Below are positions 23,101 to 32,909 of a stretch of 64,000 nucleotides of DNA, in pieces. Made by a program: the position numbers and the translations under genes. The stretch is from Sphyrna mokarran (Eukaryota). How positions within the stretch are numbered: the stretch's first letter is position 1; each line of letters begins with the position of its first letter. The DNA is taken from assembly GCA_024679065.1 (NCBI GenBank), contig JAGIQG010000014.1, positions 25,482,001 through 25,546,000 on the forward strand, in the 5' to 3' direction. The notes under the pieces were generated by a model that saw nothing but the letters and a program-made list of their open reading frames with translations, was not told the DNA's origin and searched no databases.

Positions 23101-23526
23101 AGGGATTTTCCAGCTCTTCCTACCAGCAGGATCTTCAGGTCCTGCCAAAGGTGAACGCCCACATGCCACGGGTTTCCTGGTGGTAGGACAGACGATGCAC
23201 TTGAAATATCATAAATGTGGTGGTTGCGGGTGGGGGGGGGGGCGTTGCTGGAAAATCTCACCTGAGTTGCCTCCGCTGCCGGAAAACACACTGCAGTAAG
23301 ATCAGAAAGTCCCAAACATTTTACAAATGCCAATCCACTATGTTTCCAGCGTTTTTTGTGTTTATTCCCAAATTGTACTGTGAAATTTTGAAATCACGAT
23401 GTTTATTATTGTTTTATAGGTTTACTTCTAAAGCTCTTTCTTTTATTTCAGTCAAACACACCTGAGGGATCAGCAAGGGTTGGTGATTTCGCCAACAACT
23501 ATGTTATGGAAACACGCTGCATTTAA
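8104..23526 (+). CDS. IgSF gene A: non-rearranging V-C1-C1-C1 transmembrane receptor with ITIM-like tail, 543 aa; join(8104-8149,8235-8588,10636-10953,13361-13678,19662-19982,20805-20936,21489-21556,23452-23526)
   Basis: Eight exons with canonical GT-AG sites and compatible phases (1,1,1,1,1,1,0) give an open 1632-nt frame ending in TAA. One domain per exon. Confidence 0.88.
8235..8588 (+). CDS. Gene A exon 2, V-set domain with J-like G strand
   Basis: Acceptor tttctttacag|AT. Contains EGETVRLGC, MRWGY, SRFSG, LTLKIDDLKQTDSTKYYC and WCGCGMILKV. Donor GCA G|gtaagt. 354 nt. Confidence 0.93.
9015..10290 (+). mobile_element. Decayed CR1-like LINE with a ~350-bp repeat inserted at about 9257-9604
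   Basis: DDTK...WQMKFNAEKC...LSYKDRLEKLGLFSL with frameshifts and stops. Confidence 0.75.
10636..10953 (+). CDS. Gene A exon 3, C1-set domain 1
   Basis: PSVYLLHPS...LLCVVSNFYPEAISVSW...YTCVVSHQAL matches the C1-set signature (CxxxxFYP, W, YxCxVxH). Sites cttag|CC and AAT G|gtaag. 318 nt. Confidence 0.92.
11259..11540 (-). mobile_element. tRNA-derived SINE
   Basis: B-box ggttcgattccc and V-SINE-like core. Same tail as the copy at 1910-2215. Confidence 0.78.
11885..13056 (+). mobile_element. 5'-truncated CR1-like LINE
   Basis: VDVVYMDFSKAFDKVPH, GVPQGSVLGP, FADD, one in-frame stop, (gttctat)n tail. Confidence 0.93.
13361..13678 (+). CDS. Gene A exon 4, C1-set domain 2
   Basis: PSIYVLPPTSEEI...ATIVCLAVGFYPESIFFRW...NGSYTSRSELTV...FTCEIQHVSL, strongly Ig-constant-like. 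Sites atttag|AT and AAT G|gtaag. 318 nt. Confidence 0.93.
15586..17415 (+). mobile_element. Young 5'-truncated CR1-like LINE (443-aa open RT) with long 3' UTR and A-rich tail
   Basis: NYRPVSLTS, QHGF and FADD motifs. Same family as 4620-6372. Confidence 0.95.
17815..18690 (+). mobile_element. Decayed CR1-like LINE fragment
   Basis: WAQQWQM...LYRTLVRPQLEYCMQFWS. Confidence 0.85.
19085..19400 (-). mobile_element. PIF/Harbinger transposase remnant
   Basis: GFLWMQGIIDSTHV followed, after a frameshift, by FVNRKSFHSIDVQVVCD. These match the HARBI1-type GxIDxTH and NRKxxHSxNVQxVCD motifs. Confidence 0.7.
19662..19982 (+). CDS. Gene A exon 5, C1-set domain 3
   Basis: APVIQLISPP...VISCLVSDFYPAAISVTW...TYQTVSQLTVPTAEW...YWCEVKHVSL. 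Sites ctgtag|AT and CTG G|gtaag. 321 nt. Confidence 0.92.
20805..20936 (+). CDS. Gene A exon 6, stalk + transmembrane segment
   Basis: AMMSDGNLRMMAPLWTFAVVGGSLLIIATVILIYKKTASSTCKI: hydrophobic stretch followed by KK stop-transfer residues. Sites ttttcttaaaag|CA and ATA G|gtgag. Confidence 0.88.
21010..21365 (+). mobile_element. Penelope-like retroelement fragment
   Basis: KDSIPFSQFLHLCCIC resembles the Penelope RT C-terminal SIPxSQFLRLRRIC motif. Confidence 0.6.
21489..21556 (+). CDS. Gene A exon 7, cytoplasmic exon with ITIM-consensus SIYQNV
   Basis: Acceptor ttccatttcttaacacag|CC, translation ANFRETLSLDTSPESIYQNVNYK, donor AAG|gtact. Phase fits exon 6. Confidence 0.75.
22662..22965 (+). 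mobile_element. HE1-like SINE
   Basis: tRNA-like head ggtggcacaatggttagcattgctgcctcacag, core ggagtttgcac...ttcctcccacagtccaaagatgtg. Confidence 0.78.
23452..23526 (+). CDS. Gene A putative last exon SNTPEGSARVGDFANNYVMETRCI*
   Basis: Strong pyrimidine tract ctctttcttttatttcag, phase 0, contains a second Tyr, ends TAA. No homology support, so less certain. Confidence 0.6.
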   Translation, partial: SNTPEGSARVGDFANNYVMETRCI

Positions 23527-25310
23527 CTGCACAATTCAATGGGAAGAATAGAAATATTGTATTTCTGTCGTTTTGGAACATAAATGCATAGGAAAGGGTG
23601 GACCATTTAGCTCCTGAGCTATTCAATGACAGATTGGCTCAACTGAGATCTAACTTCATATATACCCATCTTTGTCCCTCACTTTGTGAAATAGATACAC
23701 AGGTATTGATTGGTTAGCTCATCCTCTGCTTACATATTTTTGGATTTATTGTAATCTTTTAACATAATTGAAGATAATCAGTGAATAGCTCATTTCAAAA
23801 CTGTAAAATTACATGTAATTGTGTGGATTCCTTGTGCTCTCCTTCCATCCAAGGCTCTCATAATATTTACTCTAGGTTGTTTGCCTTGTTTCCCGAATCC
23901 CTCATTTCAAATTTTCATTGCTGAATGATTGTGCAGAAGCAAAGAGCTGGTTAATGCACTGTTGAAAAAACTATAGGGGGTGGCAAATTGAAACAGTTCC
24001 TATTACTAGGATTTGCTTTTAGCAGATAAGGCTGTCTTGGGATTCATCAGGGGCTATAGATCTTTATTTACAATGAAGAGCCAGCCTGAGAACTGACTGG
24101 GATAAGTTGGTGTTGTACAGCCTCTCTGTTAGGAGTCAGGTCCTGAAGTGTATTAAGCACAATACAACCTGTGTTTGAAGGATATAACTTATTGCCCACT
24201 GCTTGCTCTGTTTACAGTAAAGCTTTTTTTTCCATGTAACAATGAATATTATCTTGTATTTAATTTCTTCATTGCACAGAAGCAATTAAGTATAATACTT
24301 GAGCTACATCCAGCTGTCAGTTCACTGTGTGTTTTGGAGATGGATGATGCATTGAAAAAAGTGTTTAAAATATGATTTAATCCCAATGATGGTGAATAAT
24401 GCCACTCCCGTTTCAGTCAGAAATACTAATTCATACATTACAGGCACATCCTTTCTAGTCCTTCAGTCTATTCCAACCTATGAATGGTTAATACCAGCAA
24501 ACAGTTAATGAAACTCTGCAGGTCATTTTACTTGTTGTTCTGAGATGATGTTTCCAATGGGGAAACAGGATCTGCAGTCATGGCTAATAGTAAATAATTC
24601 TATCCTAGAATTGAGAGCTTATACTGATTAGGAAACACATAAGAGATTGAGGCTCTTTTCCCTTGATAAAATTGGGTGACTGATGGTTTGTTTTTTTAAG
24701 ATTATGAAAGTATTTTGATAAGATAAATGTAGGTATGCTTTCACTTTGGAAAAAGAATTTAGGAGAAACCTCTTTCCAGAGACTATTTGGAATGCAAAAT
24801 TCACTATCACAGGTGCGAGAAATATCACGGATGCATTTAAGGTGGAATTAGATGAACACAAAGAATGGTAATGGGGTCAGATGAAGTAAAATGAGTGCAC
24901 TTGGGTACAGTATAAATACCAGCATAGACCTGTTAAAGTCAGAATAGGGGCGGGTATGTGAAAGAAAAGTTTCAATAGAATGTAACCGGAAACATAAAAA
25001 TCTAGAAAATGATCTATGACTAAAGAAATTAGTACTTTAATGATTAATCTTGTGTAATAGTTTAAGAAAAAATGAGAATTAGTGCTTAAATCCAAATTTA
25101 ATAAACTAGAAAACTTGTAATCAAATCAAAAAAATTAGATGGGCAACTTAGTTTTGTAATTATTATACTCAACTTGAATATTAATTTAAACACTGAATTG
25201 CTATTTTGGGTTTCACTCTTGTAGTCAATTAAATATGACTCTCTTACATATCACACTTAGAATTTTATCTGTATAGTTGTTATCCTGTAACATCCCATAT
25301 TTTTGTATTT

Positions 25311-25650
25311 TGGGCAGCACGGTTGCACAGTGGTTAGCACTGCTACTTCACAGCTTCAGGGTCCTGGGTTCGATTCCCGACTTGGGTCACTGTGTGAAGT
25401 TTGCATTCTTCTTGTGTCTGTGTGGGTTTCCCCCAGGTACTCTGGTTTCTTCCCGCAGTCCAAAGATGTGCGGATTAGGTTGATTTGCTATGCTAAGAAA
25501 TTGCCCCTTAGTGTCTAGGGATATGTAGGTTAGAGAGATTAGTAGGGTAAAAAATATAGGGATATGGGGGTAGGAGCTGGGTGGGATTGTGTTTGGTGTA
25601 GACTTGATGGGCCAAAGGGCCTCTTTCTGCCCTGTATGATTCTATGATTT
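25311..25650 (+). mobile_element. HE1-like SINE (in the putative 3' UTR of gene A)
   Basis: A/B-box head, V-SINE-like core, CR1-like tail ending (gattctat)n. Confidence 0.8.
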
Positions 25651-25660
25651 GAATTGTTTA

Positions 25661-25666
25661 AATAAA
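25661..25666 (+). terminator. Candidate polyadenylation signal for gene A
   Basis: AATAAA about 2.1 kb after the putative stop, followed by a GT/T-rich stretch. Confidence 0.3.
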
Positions 25667-26224
25667 ATGGAATTTCTCAATAGGTGTGGACTTGATTTTA
25701 AAATTTCACAATTGAATTAAAAACATGAATCAATTCTGTGAGCAACTCAGATTGAAATCACACAAGTAAAACCCAGCTATCCTCAGAACATTCATTCTAA
25801 CTATTGTTTTGCATGACTGATATTAGAATGATCCCTTTTTTTTAATTTGTTTATGGGATGCAGGTATTACCCTTGGTGAGCTGCCTTCTTGAATCACAAT
25901 GTGGTGATGTGCTATTGGACTGGGGTAAACATAATAAGTCGTCTCTCAACATCAGGTTAAAGTCCAACAGGTTTATTTGATAATTCAGTAGCTTGTGCAA
26001 CCAAATAAATCTATTGGACTTTAACCTGATGTTGAGACTTCTTTCTTGAATCACTGCAGTTGATACACTCTCAGTACTGTTAGGGATGGAGTTCCAGGAC
26101 TATGACCTAGTGACAGTGAAAGGAACAGTGATATATTTCCAAGTCAGGATGGTCAGTGACTTGGAAGGCAATTTCCAGATGGTGGTGTTCCCATGTGTTT
26201 GTTGTCCTTTTGCTTCTAGGTAGA

Positions 26225-27770
26225 AACATTGGAATTAGGAGCAGAAGAGCGTAAATTCAGCCCTTCGAGCTTGTTCCGGCATTCAATCAGATCATGGCTA
26301 ATCTCTCACTGGTCTCAAATCCACCTCCCCACCTGTTCCCCATATACCTCTTTACATCTTATAATTAGATACATGTCTATCTCCCTTTTGAAACCATTCA
26401 ACTGCATTTTGGAACAGCGAGTTCCACAAATTCACCATTTTCTGCAAGTAGTTCCTCCTCATCTTAGTTTTAAATCTACCACGTTGCAAACTATAAATGT
26501 GACCTCATTTTCTAGATTACCCCATAACAGGAAACATTTGGCCTACATTTATCAATCCTTTTAAAAACTTTATATACTTTGATCAGATCCACTCTCATTC
26601 TTCTAAACTCTAGCGAGTACAAGCCAAAATGTTCAATCTGTCCTCATACCCCTTCATTCCTGGAATCAATCTGGTGAACTTCCTTTGAACTACCTCCAAT
26701 ACCACCACATCCTTCCTTCAATAATGAAATCAAAACTGGACACAATATCCCAGGTGTGGTTTTACCAACAGCCTATGTATTTGTAACAACACTTCTCTAC
26801 TTTTATACTCCAGTCCTTTTGCAATAAGTCTCAGTATCCCATTTGCCTTTTTATTGCATGCTGCACCTGCAAACCAACTTTGTGATCCATGAACATAGAC
26901 ATCAGATCCCTTAGCCCAGATGCAATTTGAATCCGTTTTCCATTGTTATAATTTGCCATTCTAATTCTTCCCCACCAAACTGGATAACTTCACACTTATC
27001 TACATTTAACTCCATCTGCCAAATGTTGGCCTATTCTCCTGGCCTACCTATACCTACCTGTAAAATATTTATATCTTCTTCAATGCCTGCTTTCCTGCCT
27101 ATATTATCATCCATAAATTTTACTATGTTGCACTCTGTGCAACTCCCGCTAGTTAACATTTCGCCAGCCAGAAAAGGATCCATTTTTCCCAACCGTCTGC
27201 TTTCTATCAGCAATCCTCAATCCAATCTAGCACTCCACACCCACTCCCCAGCAATCTCACTTCCTGGATCAGTTTTTAATGCAGCATCTTGTCAAATACC
27301 TTTTGCAAGTCTAGATATATCACATCCAAAGGCTCTCCACTATGCTCCTTGCCGATTATATCCTCAAAAGAAATCAAGCAAGTTTGTGAAGCATGACTTT
27401 CCCTTCATAAAATCATGCTGATTATGGTGAATTGAGCTTTGACTTTCCAAATACTGTCATCAACACCTTAATAATTGATCCCAGCAACCTCCCAACCACA
27501 GTGATCAAACTAACTGGTCCATAGATTCCTACTTTTTGCCTCTTTTCCTTTTGATTAAGGATGTCACATTAACATGCTTCCAATCCACCAGGACCTTACT
27601 AGAATCCAACAAATTTTGAAATATCACTACCAATGCATCCACTATCTCTGCTGCCATCTCCTTTAATGTCCTAGAGTGCAGGCCATTAAGTCTCAGATTT
27701 ATCTGTCTTTAATCCCATTAGTTTATTGAATACCTTGTCTCTGGTGATGGCTATTGTACCAAGTTGATCT
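26225..27770 (-). mobile_element. Decayed CR1-like LINE
   Basis: The reverse strand shows QHDF.KGKSC, YLD, QMELN.DKCEV and PHLGYCVQFW remnants. Confidence 0.8.
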
Positions 27771-27799
27771 GCATTAACTATTCCTTGAAAAATCTTCAT

Positions 27800-29620
27800 T
27801 GTTCTCTAGCTTGAAAACAGAGGCAAATGATGGTAGCAATCCTGAGTTTGAAAGGTCATGCCAAAAAAGCCTTAGTATAGTGTTTCTTGTAGACGGTACA
27901 CAATACTGTCGCAGTGCATTAGTTAGTGAAGTAGTGAACGGGCTGTCAATTAAGCAGGCTGCTTTATCCTGAATGTTGTCATGATTCTCGAGTGTTGTTG
28001 GAGCAGCATTCATCCAGGCAAGTCGAACATATTCCATCACACTCAGAGTCATAGAAGTTTACAGCATGAAAACAGGCCCTTCAGCCCAACTTGTCCATGC
28101 CATTTTCTTTAAAGCCCCTAAGTTAATCCCAATTACCTGCATTTGGCCTATATCTCTCTTTACACATCTTACCCGTGCAACTTCGAAATGCTTTTTGAAA
28201 GACAAAAGTGTACTCAACTCTACTATTACCTCTGGCAGGTTGTTCCAGATGTTCACCATCCTCTGTGTGAAGAGGATGAAAGATATAAAAGTGTCCTCTG
28301 GACATGTTTATATCTTTCCCCTCTCACCTTAAACCTATGCCCTTGTTTTAAACCCCCTGCCACCACCTTCATCTTTGGGAAAAGATATTGAATCTGTGAC
28401 TGATACTGATCTGTGCCTCACATTTTATAGACCTCCACAAAATCAACCCTCAGCCTCCTATGCTCAAGAGAAAAAAAGTCCCAACCTCTCCTTATAATTC
28501 AAACCATCAAGTCCCAGTAGCATCCTGACTTCTGCATCACAGGACTCCTAGCTTCTGACCTTCTTGGTTGTGGTATTAACATGGCTAATCAAGTTTACTG
28601 TCTGGTCAATGTTTACCTCCAAGATACTTTGTAGTGGGAGATTCAGCAACAATAATGCCATTGAATGTCAAGAAGCAATGTTTAAATTCTCCACGGTTGG
28701 AGATGATCGTTGCTTGGTACTTGTATGTGCAAATGTTACTTGCCAATTATCAGCCCAAGTATCCAAGGAGTCACAAATGGTCATGAATATTGTGCAGTCA
28801 TCAGCAAAGTTTCCCATTTCTGACCTTACAATGAAAGGAAAATTGTTGATGAAGCAGCTGGAGAAAGTTGCAAGAACATCTGCAGCAATATCCTGGAACT
28901 GAGATGATTGACCTCCAACCACAATAATTTTCCTTTGTATGTAGAATTCCAACCAAGAATTTTCCCTTGGATTTCCACTGACTCTAGTTTTGATATCACA
29001 TTTGGCCAAATGCTGCCTTCACATCAAGAGTCACTCTCATTTCAACTCTGGAATTCAGCTGTAGTGTCCCTTTTCAAACCAAGGCTGTGATATGGTCAGG
29101 AGCTGAGTGGCCCTGGCAGAATCCAAACTTAAGTGTCAGTATGCAGTTGCTAAGCAAGGGTTAGTTGATAGCTCTGTTGAAGATCACATCACCATATTGA
29201 TGAGCAGAAGTAGACTATTGGAGCAGTAATTGACCAAGTTGAATTTGTCCTACTTTCTTGCACATAACAGGACATAACAGCAATTTTCCACATTGTTGGT
29301 TAGATTGTAACAACTTGGAGAAGGGTGCAGCAAATTCTGGAGCCTAAGTCTTCAGTACTGTTGATGGAAGTGTTACTAAACCTTGCAGTATCCATTGCTT
29401 TTAGCTGTTTCTTCATATTACAGAATGAATCAAATTGGCCGAAGACTGGCTTGTGTTACTGGGAACCTCCAGAGGATCACCACTTGACATGGTTGCAAAA
29501 GCTTCAGTCTTATCATTTACATTGATGTGCAGGGCTCACCCACCATTAAGAATGGGGTATTTGTGAAGCTGCAGCTGCCTCCTCCTTCAGTGAATTGTTT
29601 AGTTGTCAATACCACTACGC
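27800..29620 (-). mobile_element. Older LINE remnant with a CR1 3' fragment inserted at about 28045-28530
   Basis: FSSCFINNFP...FADDCT...WADNWQVTF. The nested piece encodes VNIWNNLPE. Confidence 0.7.
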
Positions 29621-30944
29621 CACAGCCTCGCAAATATTGAGACTAAAACACTTAAAATGTACTTCACTGTCATCCCCTATGCTATGTGGAGTTGATAGAG
29701 CAGGATGAATTTGAAAGCCTTATAAACGTCCAACATACTATTTATCTTACATTAATTAGAGGTTTAAATTTTAAATGGTAAATTGATTTTTGAACATTCA
29801 GCACTGAATTAGCAAATAATCCAGACAATAGGGATAAGCAATTTTGCTAACTTTAGTCATGATGCAGACAGAAATTGCAATGTTGATCCTATTCAGGTTT
29901 GTGAACTTTAAACAAAGCTTGAGCATTGTGGATTTTAACATAGTGCAATGAGATGTTTCTGCTAATGTAAAACTAGCAAAGCTCAATGAAGAGTAAACAT
30001 TTTAGAAATATTCAATTCACATTATTTAATTACTACATTACTAGTGTGAAATTGTGTGTTTCTGGAAAACTAGTGATGGAAGAGAAGGAATCTGGAGGTG
30101 AAATGAAATTTGAACTCAATAAGCAGGTGAAACATACACATTTCAGAAAGATGCATGGATGACCAACATGTGTTTTAGAGATAAAGGACAATGCATTTGA
30201 GACTTAATGATTTTGTGTGAATGTAGACTGAGAATATTAAAAGGATGTGTTTGATATATATATAGTAACTTACGAGAATTCACATTCTTGCAATGTAATA
30301 ATTAGGAGACAGTGGCTGAAAAAGGACATTTCAAGACGGAATTCTTGTCAGATAAAGATATGGTGAAGAACTTGAATTTATATAGCATTCCTCATAAGGT
30401 GCCCCAAAATGCTTCACTGGCAATTACTTTTAAAATGTAGTTACATTTGTAATGTTGGTAAATGCAGCAGCCAATTTGCTCACTGAGCTTACCAACAGCA
30501 ATAAAAGTATTTTAATGATAGTGATTGAAAGATAAACATTCGTTAGAAGCACTCCTCTACTTTGAATTGCACTATAGAATATTTTACACCCACCTATAAA
30601 ATGCATTCAAGCCATGGGTTTAACATCTCATCTGAAGATGGCACACTCCAATATGTGCAGCATTCAGGGTGCTGCACTCAACTATAAGCTTAAATACTTC
30701 AAGTTGGACTTTCCATTGAGATAAGAATGCTGCTAAATCAACACTGATACTTGACAACAATGGTAGTGAAAAAGAGAACCAGCGGAAAATGAACAGATAG
30801 ATTTGATAGAGCATAAATACAAAATTATGAAAACTAAATATATATAAAATGAAAAGGCTAAGGAGTTTCAACTGCCTAGAACACCTTACAAACTCAGTTA
30901 GCAAAGCAAAACCTAATTTCACTCACCTGATGTACTGTGATCTC

Positions 30945-31650
30945 CAGGTCAACTTACCTTGACAGATGGACTATAATGTGGAGAAGCATGAAGTTATCCA
31001 CCTTGATAGAAAGGGAGGATTTTTTGTTATAATCAAGTTGTGACCAATAAATGTTGGTATAGAGATTCATGTGTCCAATTAATAAAGTAAATGGTATGTT
31101 AGCCTTTCTTGCAAGAGGATTAAAGTATAACAGTATTCTTACAAAGAGAACAAACTTGGTATGCTATATTCAATTTGGTCTCTTTACCTAAGGAATGATC
31201 CATTTGCCTTTGGGAATGAAATGACATCACCAGCCTGATTTCTGGGATGAGAAGACAAATGAAGAGAGACTGAGTAAAATAGGCCTCCAGAATATAGACG
31301 AATTGAGAGTGATCTCACTAAAATGTATAGAATGCTTTGAGAGCTTGACATGGGAGATGCAGGGGAGAAACTTCCCCTGGTCAGAATCTGGAACTGAAAG
31401 ACATGGTCTCAAGATCAGATCGGCCACTTAGGATTGAGGTGAGGAGAAATTTCTTTACTCAAGAGTCTGTGATTCTTTGAAGTTCTAACTCCCAGAGTGC
31501 TGTAGATATTCAGTTGATTAGAATATTCAAGACTGAGATTAAATGAATTAGTATACAAAAGGAATCAAAGGATAGGGATGTAGGAAAAGAGAGCTGAGGG
31601 AGTTCAGCCAATATCATACTGAATGGCAGAGCAGGTTCATAGCGTATTCC
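30945..31650 (+). mobile_element. Decayed CR1-like LINE 3' fragment
   Basis: QMDYNVEKHEVIH and RRNFFTQ-type remnants. Confidence 0.65.
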
Positions 31651-32903
31651 TGATGTAGATTTCAGAAATTCTTATCAATTCTTTTGGATTTGCTAGGAGG
31701 CCTGATGTGTTTGTGAGAATGTTCACACCCTGACGTTTTTCTGTACATGGATGCAGTATCAACCAATTCCGGGGAGATGAATTCCCATAATTCTACAAGT
31801 TAGATCCCTCCATTTGGACACAAAGGTCTTATGATTAAAACATCCCCCACATATAACATAATACCAACATAAAACACTACAGAATTTTAAACAATATGAG
31901 CATAAATTTAGTTTCTATTGTCTTTAGCAGTTCTAAAACATTACACTGAAAGGCCACGTATGGAAAAAAAGATTATGGTAAGTTCTCACTTGAACCTCTT
32001 CACTGTCAATAATTTAAAAAGCAGATTACTCACAGGTTGTGGGCTAAACACTTAGTTAAAATGGATTTTGTGAGAATCCTATTTTCAGCTATAAAAAATA
32101 ATTACATTCCATTATGCTTGCTAATACACTGGTTCATAGAAGATTTTACTTTCACAGTAATGCAAATGAGTTTGAAGAGAAACTTCATTTTGAAAAACTA
32201 ACAATTTATACTCAGATTTCCAACTGCAACAAAAGTAACTCTTAAACCCACAATATTTCAAAAATTTTAGTAGTTAGTTGGTGCTTAGATCTTTACATGA
32301 AAGAATGAGTTTATAATTATGTTTTCCCTATTGTTCCCATCCTTTGCTGTAACTAGTTTAATATAATTTCTAATTTGCATTACTATTTATTAGCCAAGTC
32401 AATGTGGAAACTGGGACCGTGTCTGACATTTAACAATGGTACAAAAACCGGATAATCCGTATTTCATAATAAGAGAAAGGAAAGAATCTTGGCTAGATCT
32501 TGAGGAGAGTCCTAGTTCTTTTGCAATAATGCCATTAAATCTAAATACACAGGTGGACAAGCTGAGCTGTAATGTCCGCTCTGAACAACGTAACACAAGA
32601 TTCAATACTGATTGAAATGATAACCCCTATTACATGCTCAAATTCTGTAGTGGGACTTGAATTCACATATTATTTAATGGAGAGAAGACAGAACTGAACT
32701 GAAATATGAAGCAGCGATCATGGGTCTGTTTTGTTTTGGTTTTTGAGATTTTGTTTGTACACAAATTAAATTGTCCTCTCAATTCTTGCTTGTCTGTCTG
32801 TCTCAATACTACAAGGTTTATCACTCTTACATCTGCTAGGCAAAAAATAAATTAAGGAGTTGATTCTCCTAACGCCATCTGTCACCAATAACAATATAAA
32901 AAT

Positions 32904-32909
32904 TTTATT
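32904..32909 (-). terminator. Candidate distal polyadenylation signal of the matrin-3-like gene
   Basis: AATAAA on the - strand near the end of the repeat-poor 3' region. Another candidate lies near 34550. Confidence 0.3.

Noticed and set aside
8104-23526. Interpretation as a conventional shark IgM/IgW/IgNAR or TCR cluster
   Set aside because: No RSS or D/J segments, no WYRQ/WVRQ-type framework 2, no Ig/TCR TM motif, and a long Tyr-containing cytoplasmic tail. A germline-joined IgH would still be expected to look like VH and membrane IgH.
25311-25390. tRNA-like sequences at SINE heads
   Set aside because: They continue into SINE cores and tails and do not form complete cloverleaves, so they are not tRNA genes.
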